In this document: positions 36,781 through 49,962 of the stretch, piece by piece
Numbering within the stretch: the first letter of the stretch is position 1
How the letters are laid out: each line of letters opens with the position of its first letter
Assembly: GCA_025603075.1 (NCBI GenBank)
Contig: MU626260.1
Coordinates: 124,001 to 188,000, forward strand
DNA length: 64,000 bases
Direction of reading: 5' to 3'
Source of the DNA: Neoconidiobolus thromboides FSU 785
Lineage: Eukaryota; Fungi; Entomophthoromycota
Program-made: the position numbers and the translations under genes
The notes under the pieces: model-generated
What the model saw: the letters and a program-made list of their open reading frames with translations, nothing else
Databases searched by the model: none
What the model was told of the DNA's origin: nothing

Positions 36781-39700
36781 ATGTTATTAAATTCAACTAA
36801 AATGGTTGTGGAGATACAAGACAGCCACACTATTGGCAACTCGAAAGAAAGGTAACTATCTATTATTATTATAATTTACGAGTTTTACTAATTATAAAGC
36901 TGTGAGACATTATCTGGAATTACTAGCTCAAACCTATCTCCAGAAGGTAATTAGATTTATTTTAAGATAAACATTTATTAATTTAATAATAGACCCGAAC
37001 CAAACTACAGAGCTTAATAAGCTAACTTCAAATTCAAAGAATGATTTCGCGAATGAATCCAATAGTGATCATGAAGACGACTTACCATCTACATTCAACA
37101 ATGCAGACCCAGAACAAAAACAACTTTTGAGAAAAGCATTAAAAAAGTTTAACTATATAGAGTCCAGCGTTTATTTGGGTTCAGCAAGAAATGAAAGTAA
37201 AGAAGAATATATGCCCTGCCTTTGTAAACTTGTTAGAAGTAATATTTCAAAATTAATGATAATGATAACTAATTTTAAATTAAAGATGACGACGGAACTA
37301 GATCCTCCTGTGATGCTGATTCAAATTGCATAAATCGTATGCTCATGCTTGAATGCAAGAAAGGCGTTTGTGCTGGAGGAAGACATTGCAAAAATCAAAG
37401 GTAAGGTTACTAATAAACAAACAATTATTTATTAAACTGTATTGATAGATTCACTCGTAAAGAGAATTCTCCTTTAAAATTAATTGAAACAGAAAAAAAG
37501 GGATTTGGATTGGAAGCCACTGCTGATTACAGGCAAAATCAATTTGTAATGGAATATGTTGGCGAGGTTATAAGCCACGGCTCATTTATTAGAAGAGCGG
37601 AAAAATATCATGAAAAAGGTCATAAACATTTCTATTTCATGAGTCTGAAAGCAGATCGAATTATTGATGCTACTACGACTGGTTCATTAGCTCGCTTTAT
37701 AAATCATAGTTGTAACCCAAACTGTATTTTACAAAAATGGATGGTTGGATCCAGGGTTAGGATTGGAATCTTCTCGAAAAGAGCTATAAAAAAAGGTGAA
37801 GAGTTAACTTTTGATTACCAATTTGAACGATATGGCGCTGAAGCACAAATCTGCTATTGTGGCGAACCAAACTGCAAAGGTATATTAGGTGGAGAGAAAC
37901 AGACTGAGCTTAGAGGCTTTGAGAATTCTGATGAGGATGAAATAGAATCCAAACATCGTGGTTTATGTAGTGATGATGAGGTTTCAAAATTAGCTAGTTT
38001 ATTAATGAGGATAAGCCAAGAGGATAAAAACGCAAATAGGGCGCTTATGTTAATTAAAAAGATGAAACTAACCGAAGATAAAAAGTATTTGAAGACATTC
38101 TTAAGGCTACATGGCCTCACGTCACTTAAAGCTTTGCTTGAATTGTTTAAGGATGACGACATCATATTCGATGGATTATTAGATGTACTAGATATGCTTC
38201 CTATCATGAACAAAAACAAATTAGTCGATTTGAAAATATTTGAAACTTTAGAAACCAACATAGAAACATGCTCCCCAGAGATCAAATCAAAAGCAAATCG
38301 ATTGCTTTTAAAATGGGATCCATTGCCACTTAAATACATCATCCCTCGACTACAAAAAGTGGATGTGTCAAGTGCTGTAGCTACCATACAAGGTGAAAGC
38401 GATAGCCCTAGCTTGCTTCTGAAGAAATTTTCAATAACTGATTCTCAATTATCTGCCCAGAATTCACCCTTTCATGTTAAAGCGGCTTTGCTTAATGCGG
38501 ATTCAAATGGCCCTGGTACACCTCAAGATCCTTCAGAATTAAAAGTATGCAGTCAAACTGGTGAACATATCAAAGGGAATATACGTAGATGGGAGGACTT
38601 ACTTGTTGAACCTTCTCCATCTGGTGATTCCTTGAAGAATAAGGGTCTATCAAATCAAGATTCTAATGCAAATAACGTCGATGGTTCTCAATCATCCACT
38701 ATAGCACTCAATGCTCAATCTACCTCCTCTCTTAAATACCATTTATTTAATACACTTAAAAGCACTAATATACTAATCAGGTCTCAATTCGTAGATGAAG
38801 AAGAGCTTAAAACTGAAAATGAGCAGGAGGCTTCATCAAATCTCAATGATACACCCTCTTCTAAAGCAAATACTACTAAAGTCAATCCAAACTTCAAAGC
38901 TGATCAAATCCCATTAAATACTAGCTCTATTGTCAATCCTAGTATTATCAATTACTTCCAACCACCATTACAAAATGGAGCATTCCCAGTTAGCACCCCT
39001 TGGGCATACAACAGCTATTCTCAAGGGACAAGTACACATCCTGCTATAAATCCAGCATTGGCACATAGTACTTCAATTCCACCTTATAATATTAACTACA
39101 CTGGTCAAGTCCCACACACTTTTATACATAACCATCATGAAGCACCTCATCAACCTATAGCTCCTACAACAAATGACCTCCCACCTGGTTGGTGTCAAGC
39201 TATAGCACCAACAGGTCAACCTTACTATTACCATTCAGTTACTAGGATGACAAGGTGGGATAAACCAAAAAATGAAGAAAATATTCCTCATAATCTAAAC
39301 TATCCTATGAATTATAATTATCTATCACAAACTTCCCTTAATATGGATTATTACAATTACTATTCTGGAAATGGTCATGCTCCTTCATCTGTTAATACTC
39401 CTTGTTCATTACCTACTTCTACTCCTATTACTGATTTAAATCAAACAAATATATATGATGAAAAGAAAGGAAGTTATCCTTTAATATCTGTTAAAAACAG
39501 TGAGTATACAACTGAAATTAGTATTAAAAACCAAGGAAAAGAGTATAAGGCATCGCCCGTTAAAAGACAGGCTACCAACTCATGTGAATATTTACTAAGC
39601 TCAGTAAAATCACCAAAAGAGGGTAGTTTAGGAAAGTTGGAGTATAAAAACATAGGAGAAAGTAATAAAATACGGAAATATAAATATTCGGATTTAACAG

Positions 39701-40178
39701 AAATAGAAGAAAATGAGATAGATAATAAGCAATACAAATCGATGGATGCTAGAGATAAAAGTGTATGTAAATTTGAAATATCCGAAAAAGCTTATACTCA
39801 AGATGAACTAAAATCTAGATGTAAAAATATGGTATGTTGATTAACATGAATCTATAATTTAACATATTAATCATTGCTATTTAGATTGCAAAAGTAGTGG
39901 TGCATTATTTTAACCCATATTATAAATATTTTGAAAAAGAATTTTTTAAAAAACATGCTGAAAGGGTGAGCTTGATAGTGAATTTTTCAAGAATTTTTAA
40001 TTAATTTTTTAAATAGATGACAACAAGTTTAGTTACCAAAGAGATGCGACAAGAATGTTATAAAGAAGGACGAATGAGGATAATGAATGAAGCATTAAAA
40101 AAAATGGTGAAAGGGTTTGTTATTGATTATGCTAAAAAATTAGTAGCTAAAAAAGAAGAATATGAAAAATCAAAATAA
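36781..40178 (+). CDS. SET2: Histone H3K36 methyltransferase (AWS-SET-postSET, WW, SRI)
   Basis: AWS (CDADSNCINR...CKNQR), SET (EYVGEV, ARFINHSCNPNC, ELTFDYQFERYG), postSET (CYCGEPNCKG), WW (LPPGW...YYYH...TRWDKP) and a C-terminal SRI-like exon set. The start (36781 or 36802) is inferred. Confidence 0.93.
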
Positions 40179-40894
40179 TCCAAATTACATTTTTACTGAG
40201 TTGATTTTATAAGAGATTGACATGTGTATAAAAAATAATGGTTGATTTTTTTTCTTTTAAATATTTTATTTTTATTAATTTATAAAATTTATTATCCGTG
40301 TATTTAGTTTACTAATGTTCTAAGTTCTCTCTCGCTTTTATATCCATTTTTTTAGTATACAAAAAAAGCATACAATTGTAATGTTTTTTAATACTTGTTT
40401 AAATATTTTTTAAAAAATAAAGAAATGTTTTATTGCTTTGATGAGTTTTAACATATAAAATATTTTATTTTTAAATTCAACTCAGAATTGTAGATATTAT
40501 TGAATAAAAAGAATGAAATAAAAGATAAGGTAATGTAATGTAAAAGTAAAGTTTAAAGTGCTTTTGAACAAAGACATAACATTGCATGTAAATGAAGCCA
40601 AATCTTTTAATAAAAAATTATTCTTACTTTTTAAACATTGTTTTATTAGCCTTTTTTTACTTTAGCTAACTTTGATGTTCAGTTGAAATTAAACCTGGCT
40701 TTTGCAAAAATAAAGCCAAATTTGAATATTTTAATAAAAGTGGCAGATTTCAATTAAGCTATAAAATCCCATTCAGTTTTAATATTAAAACTGATTAAAA
40801 TAGAATTTGAATTTATATATTCATTTCCGTTACCTTTGTAAAGCTTTAAACTAACTATAAAAATACTCTTTAAAAGTAATCTTCATACTATAAT

Positions 40895-41211
40895 ACAAGG
40901 ATGTCTTTTTGGCTTATTTTTTCCATTCTCTAAGCACTATTGAGCGGAAAACATGTTAGTAAATCTCTTAAAGAAAAAGAAAAATCTCCATATGGGAATG
41001 TGTTTTTTGTTTAAGAGCTTTACTAATAATTATTTTACTCAAACACCACTTAAAAAATTAAAAATTAAAAAAATAATAAAGCCAAAAAAAACATTCCTAT
41101 ATATTAAAGTGGGAATGTTTTTTTGGTTTCATTACTCTTTCTATCTTTTAAGGCCTATTTGAACGGAAAAATTGTTAATAAAATTCTTAAATACAAGGGT
41201 ATACCCTCATT
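40895..41211. mobile_element. Array of three abutting copies of the MITE-like repeat in alternating orientation (-,+,-)
   Basis: Units at ~40895-40993, ~40990-41102 and ~41108-41211; the first junction is the palindrome CCATATGG. Confidence 0.7.
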
Positions 41212-41320
41212 AATCCATTAAATATTTACTCAAATCAACAACGATAACAAAATAAGAATTATAAGTCAATTTATTGTTCAATTTAATATAGCAAACATGG
41301 ATATTTTAACTATTAATATC

Positions 41321-43744
41321 TTAAAATTTGAATTTATTCGCTTTATCTTTAGCATTTTGCTCTGCTTTAGCTTTACGTTTACGATCCACATTAGCTATAT
41401 GCTCGGCTGCCATATCACCAAGATCTTCTTTAGCAATCGATTGATTTTTTTCCTAAAACAAAAATAATAAAATATAAATACAATACTTAGCTATTGTTAT
41501 TATTATCAATTTACCTTAACAGCCCCATTATATTTCGATTGTAAATAATTTTTATCATTAAATTTATCCATTTCAGAGGGATCTAAAGCTACTTCAATAT
41601 CTCCCATTTTGCGACGCTAATATATATAAATTAATATTAAAATGATTTATACAAAATTAAATCAAGAAAGCTGGACTCTTACTTTGGTGTTACTATCTTG
41701 TCCAAGTTTACCACCTAACTCATATTTATATTGTGATCCCATAAAACCTGATATTTGTGTATCTTTTTGTTGTACAATACTAAATAATTCCTTGGTACTA
41801 TTATCTTCTTCGACCCTAAAAAAATTAGTAGAATTAATAGCTATTCTATTTCATATATCAATTTATAGTGATTTACCTTCTAATATCTTTGCGTAATTCA
41901 ATATCTAATGGCGTTTCAAATCCACTAACAACAGTACTTGGCGTTTCCATACCATCAAGTCGTTCACCATCAGCAGCTGTTTCATTTCCCCCTTCCTCTT
42001 CTTCTTCTTCCACCTTTTCCTCTTCTTCTTCTTCTTCTTCTTCTTCAACTGTAAAAAATAGAAATTTAAAATAAAAATTACATTTTATTGTATATGCTAT
42101 TTTACCTTCTTCTTCTGATTCCATATCTCCCCATAATGTTCTATCAATAGGTTCATAATTCTATATTATAAAATTAAATAAAATAGTTAATTTGAACATT
42201 ATTGTAATTACCTCATTAATACCCTCTAATGCACTGGTACCAAAAACATCACCATAGAGTGGACGATTAAACTAAGAAAATTAAATATCAGTTCATCAAT
42301 CAATGATATAACACTTACTTCATCTACTGGAGGTTTACCCCAACCACCTGGATGATATCCCCACATAGCCCTAAATAAAATTAATATATTAAAAATTTTA
42401 AAAAAATAAAATAATTTACCCTTCCGGAATTGGTGCATTTAGCCCTGGAATAGTTAAATTAGGATAGGATGGTGGTGGTCCATAACGTTGCATATTTAAT
42501 AACCAAGGAGGTGGAGCTAACGGTGGCATATTTAATGCTGCTTTTAAACTTTCTGATAAATCTCCAGGTTTTCTTTCTTTAAATTTAGTTTCAAATTCAC
42601 GACCTTCATAATACCTAAGTTATACGTAAAAAGAAAAAAATTGATTGATTAGTTATTCATATACGAAGTTATGCAGAAATATTAATAAAACTTACAATTC
42701 TCCATGTTTAGTTAAATAAGGTTTAGTTTGAAATCGAAAAAAAGCGTCATGTAAACGTTGATAATCAATATCTAATTTACCCATTTTGGGATGCATTTTA
42801 GCTCTTGCTTTTTGTTTTAATGTAGCAGTTTCTTCTTTTTCATTAGTTGAATCTCGCATTTCCATAATACCAGTCGCTTTGATAAAATCTATAAAAGAAT
42901 TTTATTATAGTCATTAAATATTATTATTTACATCATATTGATATTAACTCACCTGGAAGTTCAAAAGGTGGTTTTTCAATACCCCTTTTACCTTGTAAAT
43001 ATTTTCTTTTTTGCGACCAATGTTTAGGTATTGGTATAGTATTACGGTACGATTTAAGGTGTACAAGTAATTGAGGATCACTAGCAGTTACATCTACCCA
43101 CTTTAAAAAAGTATTAGTTTAATCTAATATAACTATATTCTTAAAAAATAAGATACCTCTACCACTTCCGGTTTTTTAGCCGTCTGTTTTAATTCTGCAA
43201 TACTCATCCTATTTAACTTTCTTAATTTTTTCTTTGATATAGTTCCATTTTCATCAGTTTCTTCATCAGAGTTATCACTATCATCAGAGCTTCCTTTGTC
43301 TTTGTTGGATTCTTCAATTATTACCTATATTACTTCTAAACATCCATTTATCTTAATCTTAAGAAAAATAATTACCTCTTCTTGTTCAACCTCTTCTTTT
43401 CCAGAAAATTTATTAAATATTTTTGAAAACTCTTCATAATTAGGATCTTCTTTTGGTATATCTATTTCTTCACCAACATATACAATCTCAATATCTTTTT
43501 CTTCTTCATCTTCCTTATAAATTATTAATTATTATTTAAGCGAAATCAATTTAAAATTAATTACTTTTTTTGAAACTTGGTTTTGATTACTTTTTACTTC
43601 AACTTCCTTCTTTTTCTTTGGTCGACGTTTCTTTTTATATTCTTTTTTCTTCCCATTTTTTAATCCAACTCCTTTATCTATTCTTTCCTCTTTAATAGGA
43701 TCATGTTGAATATGCCCATTTAGTATATTGGATAATCCTGACAT
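41321..43744 (-). CDS. SF3B2: Splicing factor 3B subunit 2 (SAP145/Cus1), multi-exon
   Basis: MSIAELKQ...PEVVEW.DVTASDP, PIPKHWSQKRKYLQGKRGIEKPPFELP, LDIDYQRLHDAFF, YYEGREFE, PPPWL.NMQRYGPPPSYP and GYHPGGWGKPPVDE. Confidence 0.95.
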
Positions 43745-44089
43745 TGATTTTTTATATTATTAAAAAAACAATAAGAAAGATAAACCAATAATCGATTCAA
43801 AATTTTATTTTAAAAAAATGTTTTTACTGGAATACACATAATTTGATTTATAAAATATTGGGCTAAAACTTTGAATTTTTTCTAAAAGATTTGCTTAAAA
43901 ACGACACTAATTAATAAGTTCTATAGTTAACATTCCTAATTTAAGTTAAGTTAGATAAAATAACGTAAGTCAATAAAAAAAATTTTTTATCTTGTTAAAA
44001 ACTGATTTTTTTTATAATAGAATAAAAATAAAAAAAAGTTGTATACAAAACTGTTACTAATACGATTCTCTTTCCATTTTATCAAAATC

Positions 44090-45958
44090 ATGCAAAGAGG
44101 TATTATTTATTATTTATTGTATTTTGAAATTTATTGATTGAATATCCAGGAATGCCAAACAAAGCGAAAAACCAGGCACCAAAAGGTATTTAAAAGCATT
44201 TAATTCTGCATCATCTATTTGTTAATACTATTTCAAAAGCCAATTGGTCTTCTGTCATTAACCAAGCCAATTTACGGAATAGTCCACAAGGGTATGCAGC
44301 TCAATTACAGTCTTATTCAGATACTTCCATCAATAGTGAATTGAATAAAAGTAAAGAAACCAATGGAGTTCATACTGATTTACCAAACGCCCAAGCTTAT
44401 AGACAATCTAGAGTTACAAGGCAAGAAGACTTTCCTGCTTTACCGTTGCAAAGAGCTTCGTCCCATCAAATTCAACCTAAACCCAGTGGTATGATTAATG
44501 ACAAAACCACTCCAACTCAAAAACAGTTGAATAACTCGAATATGATAGCTACTACATCGGAACAAGGGGGTAAAAGTAAGATTTTTATTGTTTTCAAATG
44601 AAATGAGTATCAAATTCATCATAAACTAGATACACGTAATCAACCACGGTATACAATAGAAACTCAAGCTCAGGTAGAAAAAAAAGAAACTTGTTAAATT
44701 TTATTATAACTTATTAACAGATACATAATTCAATAGGGGCAAAATAAACAGAAGAATAATAAAAAAGAAGTTATTAAGGAAACACTGCCACTAAAGCCTG
44801 AAGAAAAGTATGGATTACCAAAAATTTTAGATATTTTATATAATAAAAAAGAAAAAACAGAATATTTTTTGGCTACTGGGATACCCCTAGAATCCGCTAA
44901 ATTAAATTTAAATGATCCTAGGTAAGTTTCAACAATAATAATAATTTTATATAAAACTTATTAATACTATCTTATTTTAATTAGACCCATTTTTAATACA
45001 TTACTATCTCCTTGGATATTAGAACCTTCTACTTATAGCGGTTTATCTAAAATACCGGATAATGAATTACCTAAAGATTTTCAAGATAATCATCCAATGG
45101 TATCTCCAATGAAACATATTAAAAGATATAAAGATCGAACATTATTTTATATATTTTATACGATGCCAAGAGATTTAATGCAAGAAGGAGCTGCTCATGA
45201 ATTGTAAGTATTTGAATTAATAACAATAATAATAGATTTAATAATAATAAATTTAAAGGCATAGTCGAGGTTGGAGGTATCATATTAAACGTCAATTATG
45301 GATGATGCGAGTCGAGAATAATGAACTAACAAGTCGACAAAATGAAAATTCAGACATATTTGAAGTGTTTCATCCAAGGAATTGGGAAACAAGAATTGAA
45401 AGGGTAGCTTTTGGTAATGATACATTTGAAACAAGACAAGTGTATAATATCAATCAAATTAGTTATACTAAAGAACAAGTGATCAATAACAATAATCATC
45501 ATTTAGTTGATAATACATATGGTCCCATAGGAAATCCAAATAATCCATCGAATGGACCAATGGGAGTTATGAATCCACAACAGATGTATAAACAAAATTT
45601 AGCTATGGGATACAATCCAAATAATAATACAACAATAACACCAGGACATATACATGGAGGAGGAGGAATGAATGGAAATTATTTACCACAAGCTCATTTA
45701 AATCTAGGATTAAATCAGCAACAAGTTCAAATGATGAATCTACAAGCTCATCATTTACAAAATAATCCTCATTTACATCAACAACAACAAAACCTTCCAC
45801 CTCAAATGTTTAATGCAAATATTCATCCCAATATCAATAATCCTCATTTTAATCCAAATCAATTGCAATTGAATCAAGCTTATCATTTGCAAAATATTCC
45901 TCAACATATGTTACCTCATAATCAACATCATAATCAATCTAGAATGAAAGATTATTAA
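44090..45958 (+). CDS. NOT2: CCR4-NOT subunit Not2-like (NOT-box) with a long N/Q/H-rich C-terminal extension
   Basis: KYGL...LATG...LNLN, LLSPW, TLFYIFYTMPRDLMQEGAAHEL, RGWRYH...LW; multi-exon, start inferred. Confidence 0.75.
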
Positions 45959-46261
45959 ATATGAAAGCTGAAGTTTTATTGTCGTAGGAATTAAATTTTT
46001 TATAATTTGTTTTATGTAAAATAAGGTTCATTTTTATTTTATTTTTTATTTTATTTTTATGTTTGTTATAATTAAATAGTGTGAGATATTTGTTATGCTA
46101 ATAGGCAAAAGTTTTATTATTTAATACTATTAAGATAAAGTTTTTTTTATAAATATTAAAGCTTAGATTTTATTTTTATTTTTATTTTTAAATATTAATT
46201 TTACCCTTCCCTTCCCTTACATTACATTACATTAAATGAAACTCTAAAAAGCATCAAAAAC

Positions 46262-47706
46262 ATGAATACTTTATTTTTTGAAATTTTTAAGTACTTTAAT
46301 CAAATGGGTAAATTTTCCCACCCTTTTTAATAATCTACAAATAAATACTAACTATATCATATATTGAATTAGAAAAAGATATATTAGTTGATATTAGTAA
46401 AAAACTACAAAGGATACAATTAGTAAATGAAGAGATTAATAAAGATAAATTACATTCTAATAGTATAAAAAATAAGAGCAACAATAAGAATAAAACTAAA
46501 AAGAGGTATATACGAGCCAAATGATAAATACAAGAGACTTTATTTTAATTTTATTATATAGCACCAAGGATATATTAATCAGTGTAGAAAAATTAGAAAG
46601 TATAAGAGGTAATAATTAATTTAATTACTTACTATTATTGAGATGATGATTCCTCAGATAAAATAAATCTCAAATTATCTGATAAACAAGAATATGATGA
46701 CCATTTGGTAACTAAGTAGGTTATAAAATATTAAAATTAAATAACACCATTTTAATACTTAATAATTCTTTAGTTTATTAATCATTATGAGTGCATAGTT
46801 TATTAATGTATTCTTTATTAAATGAAGGATAAGTTAAATATTCAATTTCCAATTAAAAAAGAAAATGAAGGAAATGAAGAAAACAATTTTAATAATCAAG
46901 TAAGTTGGTTCATTTATTCGACTTTTGTTTTATTTATTAAACAATAATTTAGAATAGCAAAATAAAGAATGAACAAGACATATTCATAAAAAGTAATTCA
47001 ATGACTATCATCTAAAAATTAAGTATTAAACAACTCATTGAACTTAGCTCCCATATCCGATCCAGCCTCTCAACTGTTATTATTAAGACAAAGATTAGAA
47101 CAAATAGAAATTGAAGCTAACTTTTCCTCTCTTGAAATGATTAAAGTGAATAATTACAAATGTCATAAAATATTAAAAAGATATTAATATTCAACTTAAT
47201 AATAATAGGAAACAGTCTACCCAGATTATAAGAAATTATCTAGAAGTTATAAAGATGGCATGAAATTATATAGTTATATTAATGGTAATATTCAGGCTAA
47301 ATATCAAGACAATACTATTCAAATTTGGTTTCCTAATGGGGATTGGAAAAAGGTAATTGGATTTTTATTATTATTATCATTATTATTGTATAAACATATG
47401 ATGTATTTTTACTTTTATTTATTATTTTTATTTTAATTCTATATTTAATAGTTAAAAGATAATTATCTATACTATTATTATTCTAAAAATCAAGTGACTC
47501 AAATAAGTCATTGTAATGGAACAAATGAATTTCATTATCCAGATGGTACTATTGAACGTTATCCACCTAAAATGAAGAATAGTGATATAAAATCCACCTT
47601 CATTAAATTAGAGATTTGGTTACCAAATAATACTTATAAAAGAATTATTTGTAAATCAAAATTTAATAATAATAATAAAGCTGGTGGAGATTTAGAAGTA
47701 AGTTAA
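46262..47706 (+). CDS. Small (~300-330 aa) protein ending in a SAS-4/CPAP-type TCP10_C (G-box) domain
   Basis: The last two exons (47209-47352, 47452-47706) translate to ETVYPDYKK..YKDG..YINGN...TIQIWFPNGDWKK|LKDNYLYYYYSKNQVT...GTNEFHYPDGTIE...EIWLPNNTYK. The 5' exon structure is less certain. Confidence 0.7.
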
Positions 47707-47729
47707 AATAGAATATAAATAGAATATAA

Positions 47730-47760
<31 letters not shown>
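47706..47760. repeat. AT-rich simple repeats: (AAATAGAATAT)x2 followed by an (ATA)n microsatellite
   Basis: Read directly from the sequence, between two convergent genes. Confidence 0.8.
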
Positions 47761-47940
47761 CAATTTAATTAGGAATTTTATCCCAATATAACTTATCCTA
47801 ATAGGCCGAATAAACATTAACTTTTAATTTATTTAATAAAAAAATTTAAAAAATAAAAACAAAAAATTTAAAAAAAACTAAATTTAGATAATATTAATAA
47901 TTTAATTTAATTAAAAAAAATCTTCTTAATTATATTTAAA

Positions 47941-49962
47941 TTAACTCTCTTGATCTCTTAATTTTGATTTTTCAAATAATTGATTATCAATTAAACATTT
48001 GAATTTTTCAACTTCTTTTTTCAGTTCCATTATGTTTTCATCTTTTACTATTATTTCTGCTTGACTTTGATTTACTTTGTCCGTTAAGTTTTGATTCTTA
48101 GATTCTAACTCATTAACCTATTTAGAATAAAAAATAAAAAATAAATTAATTAAAATAAATTATAATCAAAAAATATTAAATTAATTCCTTACCTTTAATA
48201 ATAATTTTTGACGTTCTTCTTCCTTTTGTTTCATTTCAATACTAACTTCTAAGTTCAAATTCATCTGTTGTTGATTTTTATCTTTTTCATTTTGATAAGC
48301 TTCCCATAAACTGTTAATACTATCCAACTCGCCCGTATTAAAACAATTAGCCCTAAGAATAAAAGAAATAATAAATTAATATTTAACTCGTAATGTTTGA
48401 ATAACTGATAAATCAATATTTACCATTCGATTGATTTTGAATTGACTGTAGCTAATGTCTTTTCCATCTCTTCAATATAATCTTGTTTTCTTTTGATTTT
48501 ATTTTCTAAAGATAAATAAGATTCCTTTAATAATAAATGCTGAGATTGGGAATAGTTAATGAATTCTTTTTCTTTTTTTAATAAGATATATTGTTGTTCT
48601 AATTTATTATGCTTTTCTTTTAGAACTAATTCAAAGTTTATTAAGATGTTGTTTTATTGTTATCTAAGTTTATGTTTACCTTGATACTCTTTAACAACTA
48701 ATTCCAAAGTTTTTGGATCATCGGAATCTACTTGTGTATTTTGATTCTTTTCTAATTCTAGATTAAGTTTCATTAATTTGGTTATTTCTTCCTCTTTTGA
48801 AATGAGTTGAGATTCTAGATTATCAATCTGTAGTAAATTATCAATTATTATATAAATTAAACTATTTTAATAAGTCACTTACTTGTTCTTTAAACTCTTT
48901 ATCTTTATTATTTAGTTGTAAATTTAATAACTCAATATTTTGTTGGCTTTCTTTTGATTGAATTTCTAATATAGAAATCGTATGTTTTAGACTTATAATT
49001 TCATCTTTTAACTGATCTATTATTATTTTATCATTTTTACTATTAACTTTTTCCTAATATTTACTTATTAATATCACTTTGTCAAAATAATAAATTATTT
49101 AATACCTGTAAACTTTCAACTTGTTTCTTTAATTCGTTAATTTGTTCTTCCAATTTTTCATTATTATTTTGTTTTTCAGTTATCTGTTGTTTCAATTGCT
49201 TTTAAAAAATTAATAATTTGAATAATAATAAGTATTAGGAGTTTAAACTTACATTAATACAATACTCTTTCTCATCAATTTGATTCTGTAATTTTTCCAA
49301 TCTCCTTTCACTAGTTAATTTTAACATTCTGTAATCTGTGGTTAAACTAGTATAATTATATTTCATTTCATTATAATCTAAAGATAGCTTTTTATCTAAT
49401 ATAAAAACAAAAAGTTCCTATTAATGATTAATTTTCAAGTAATAATATTAACTTACTTTGCTCAACGATTCCTTCTGGGTAAATAGGTACCATAGCTTTA
49501 ACTTGTTCTTTAATTTTTTGTAATTTATCTAAGTCAAAGATAGATGACTATTAATGATTTAGCTTCAATTACTTCAAGCTACTTAATAAAAAAATAGCTT
49601 ACAAAACTTTGATCTATTTAAATACAAATGTTAAAATTCAAATCGCAATTTAAAAATTTAATATTACCTTTTACATCCTGAATACTCCCTTCTTTGTCCC
49701 CAGAATCCAACTTTAAAAAATTATTACCATGACCACTATCCTAAAATATCAACTTAATCTTCCCTCTCGTTTTCAAAATATAATTTATAATTCTCACCTT
49801 ACTTCTCCTTTTACCACTCATATCCGAACAAACAGTGATATCATCTCGATCAGTTACTTCAGAATGTTGACTTCCCCCTTTATTACTATAAGCTAAGGAT
49901 AAATGTGATCGACTACTCCCTCCTTGACTCCTAATCCTCTTTTTAGCTCGATTAGCAAACAT
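47941..49962 (-). CDS. Long coiled-coil protein of unknown function (multi-exon)
   Basis: Ser/Arg-rich disordered N-terminus followed by continuous heptad-like K/E/Q/L-rich exons separated by GT-AG introns; stop at 47941-47943. Confidence 0.75.

Noticed and set aside
37854-38387. 177-aa antisense ORF inside SET2, and similar antisense ORFs in the M28 protease, NDUFS1, DHCR7 and SEC7
   Set aside because: These are shadow ORFs on the opposite strand or an alternative frame of well-supported genes, with no recognisable motifs.
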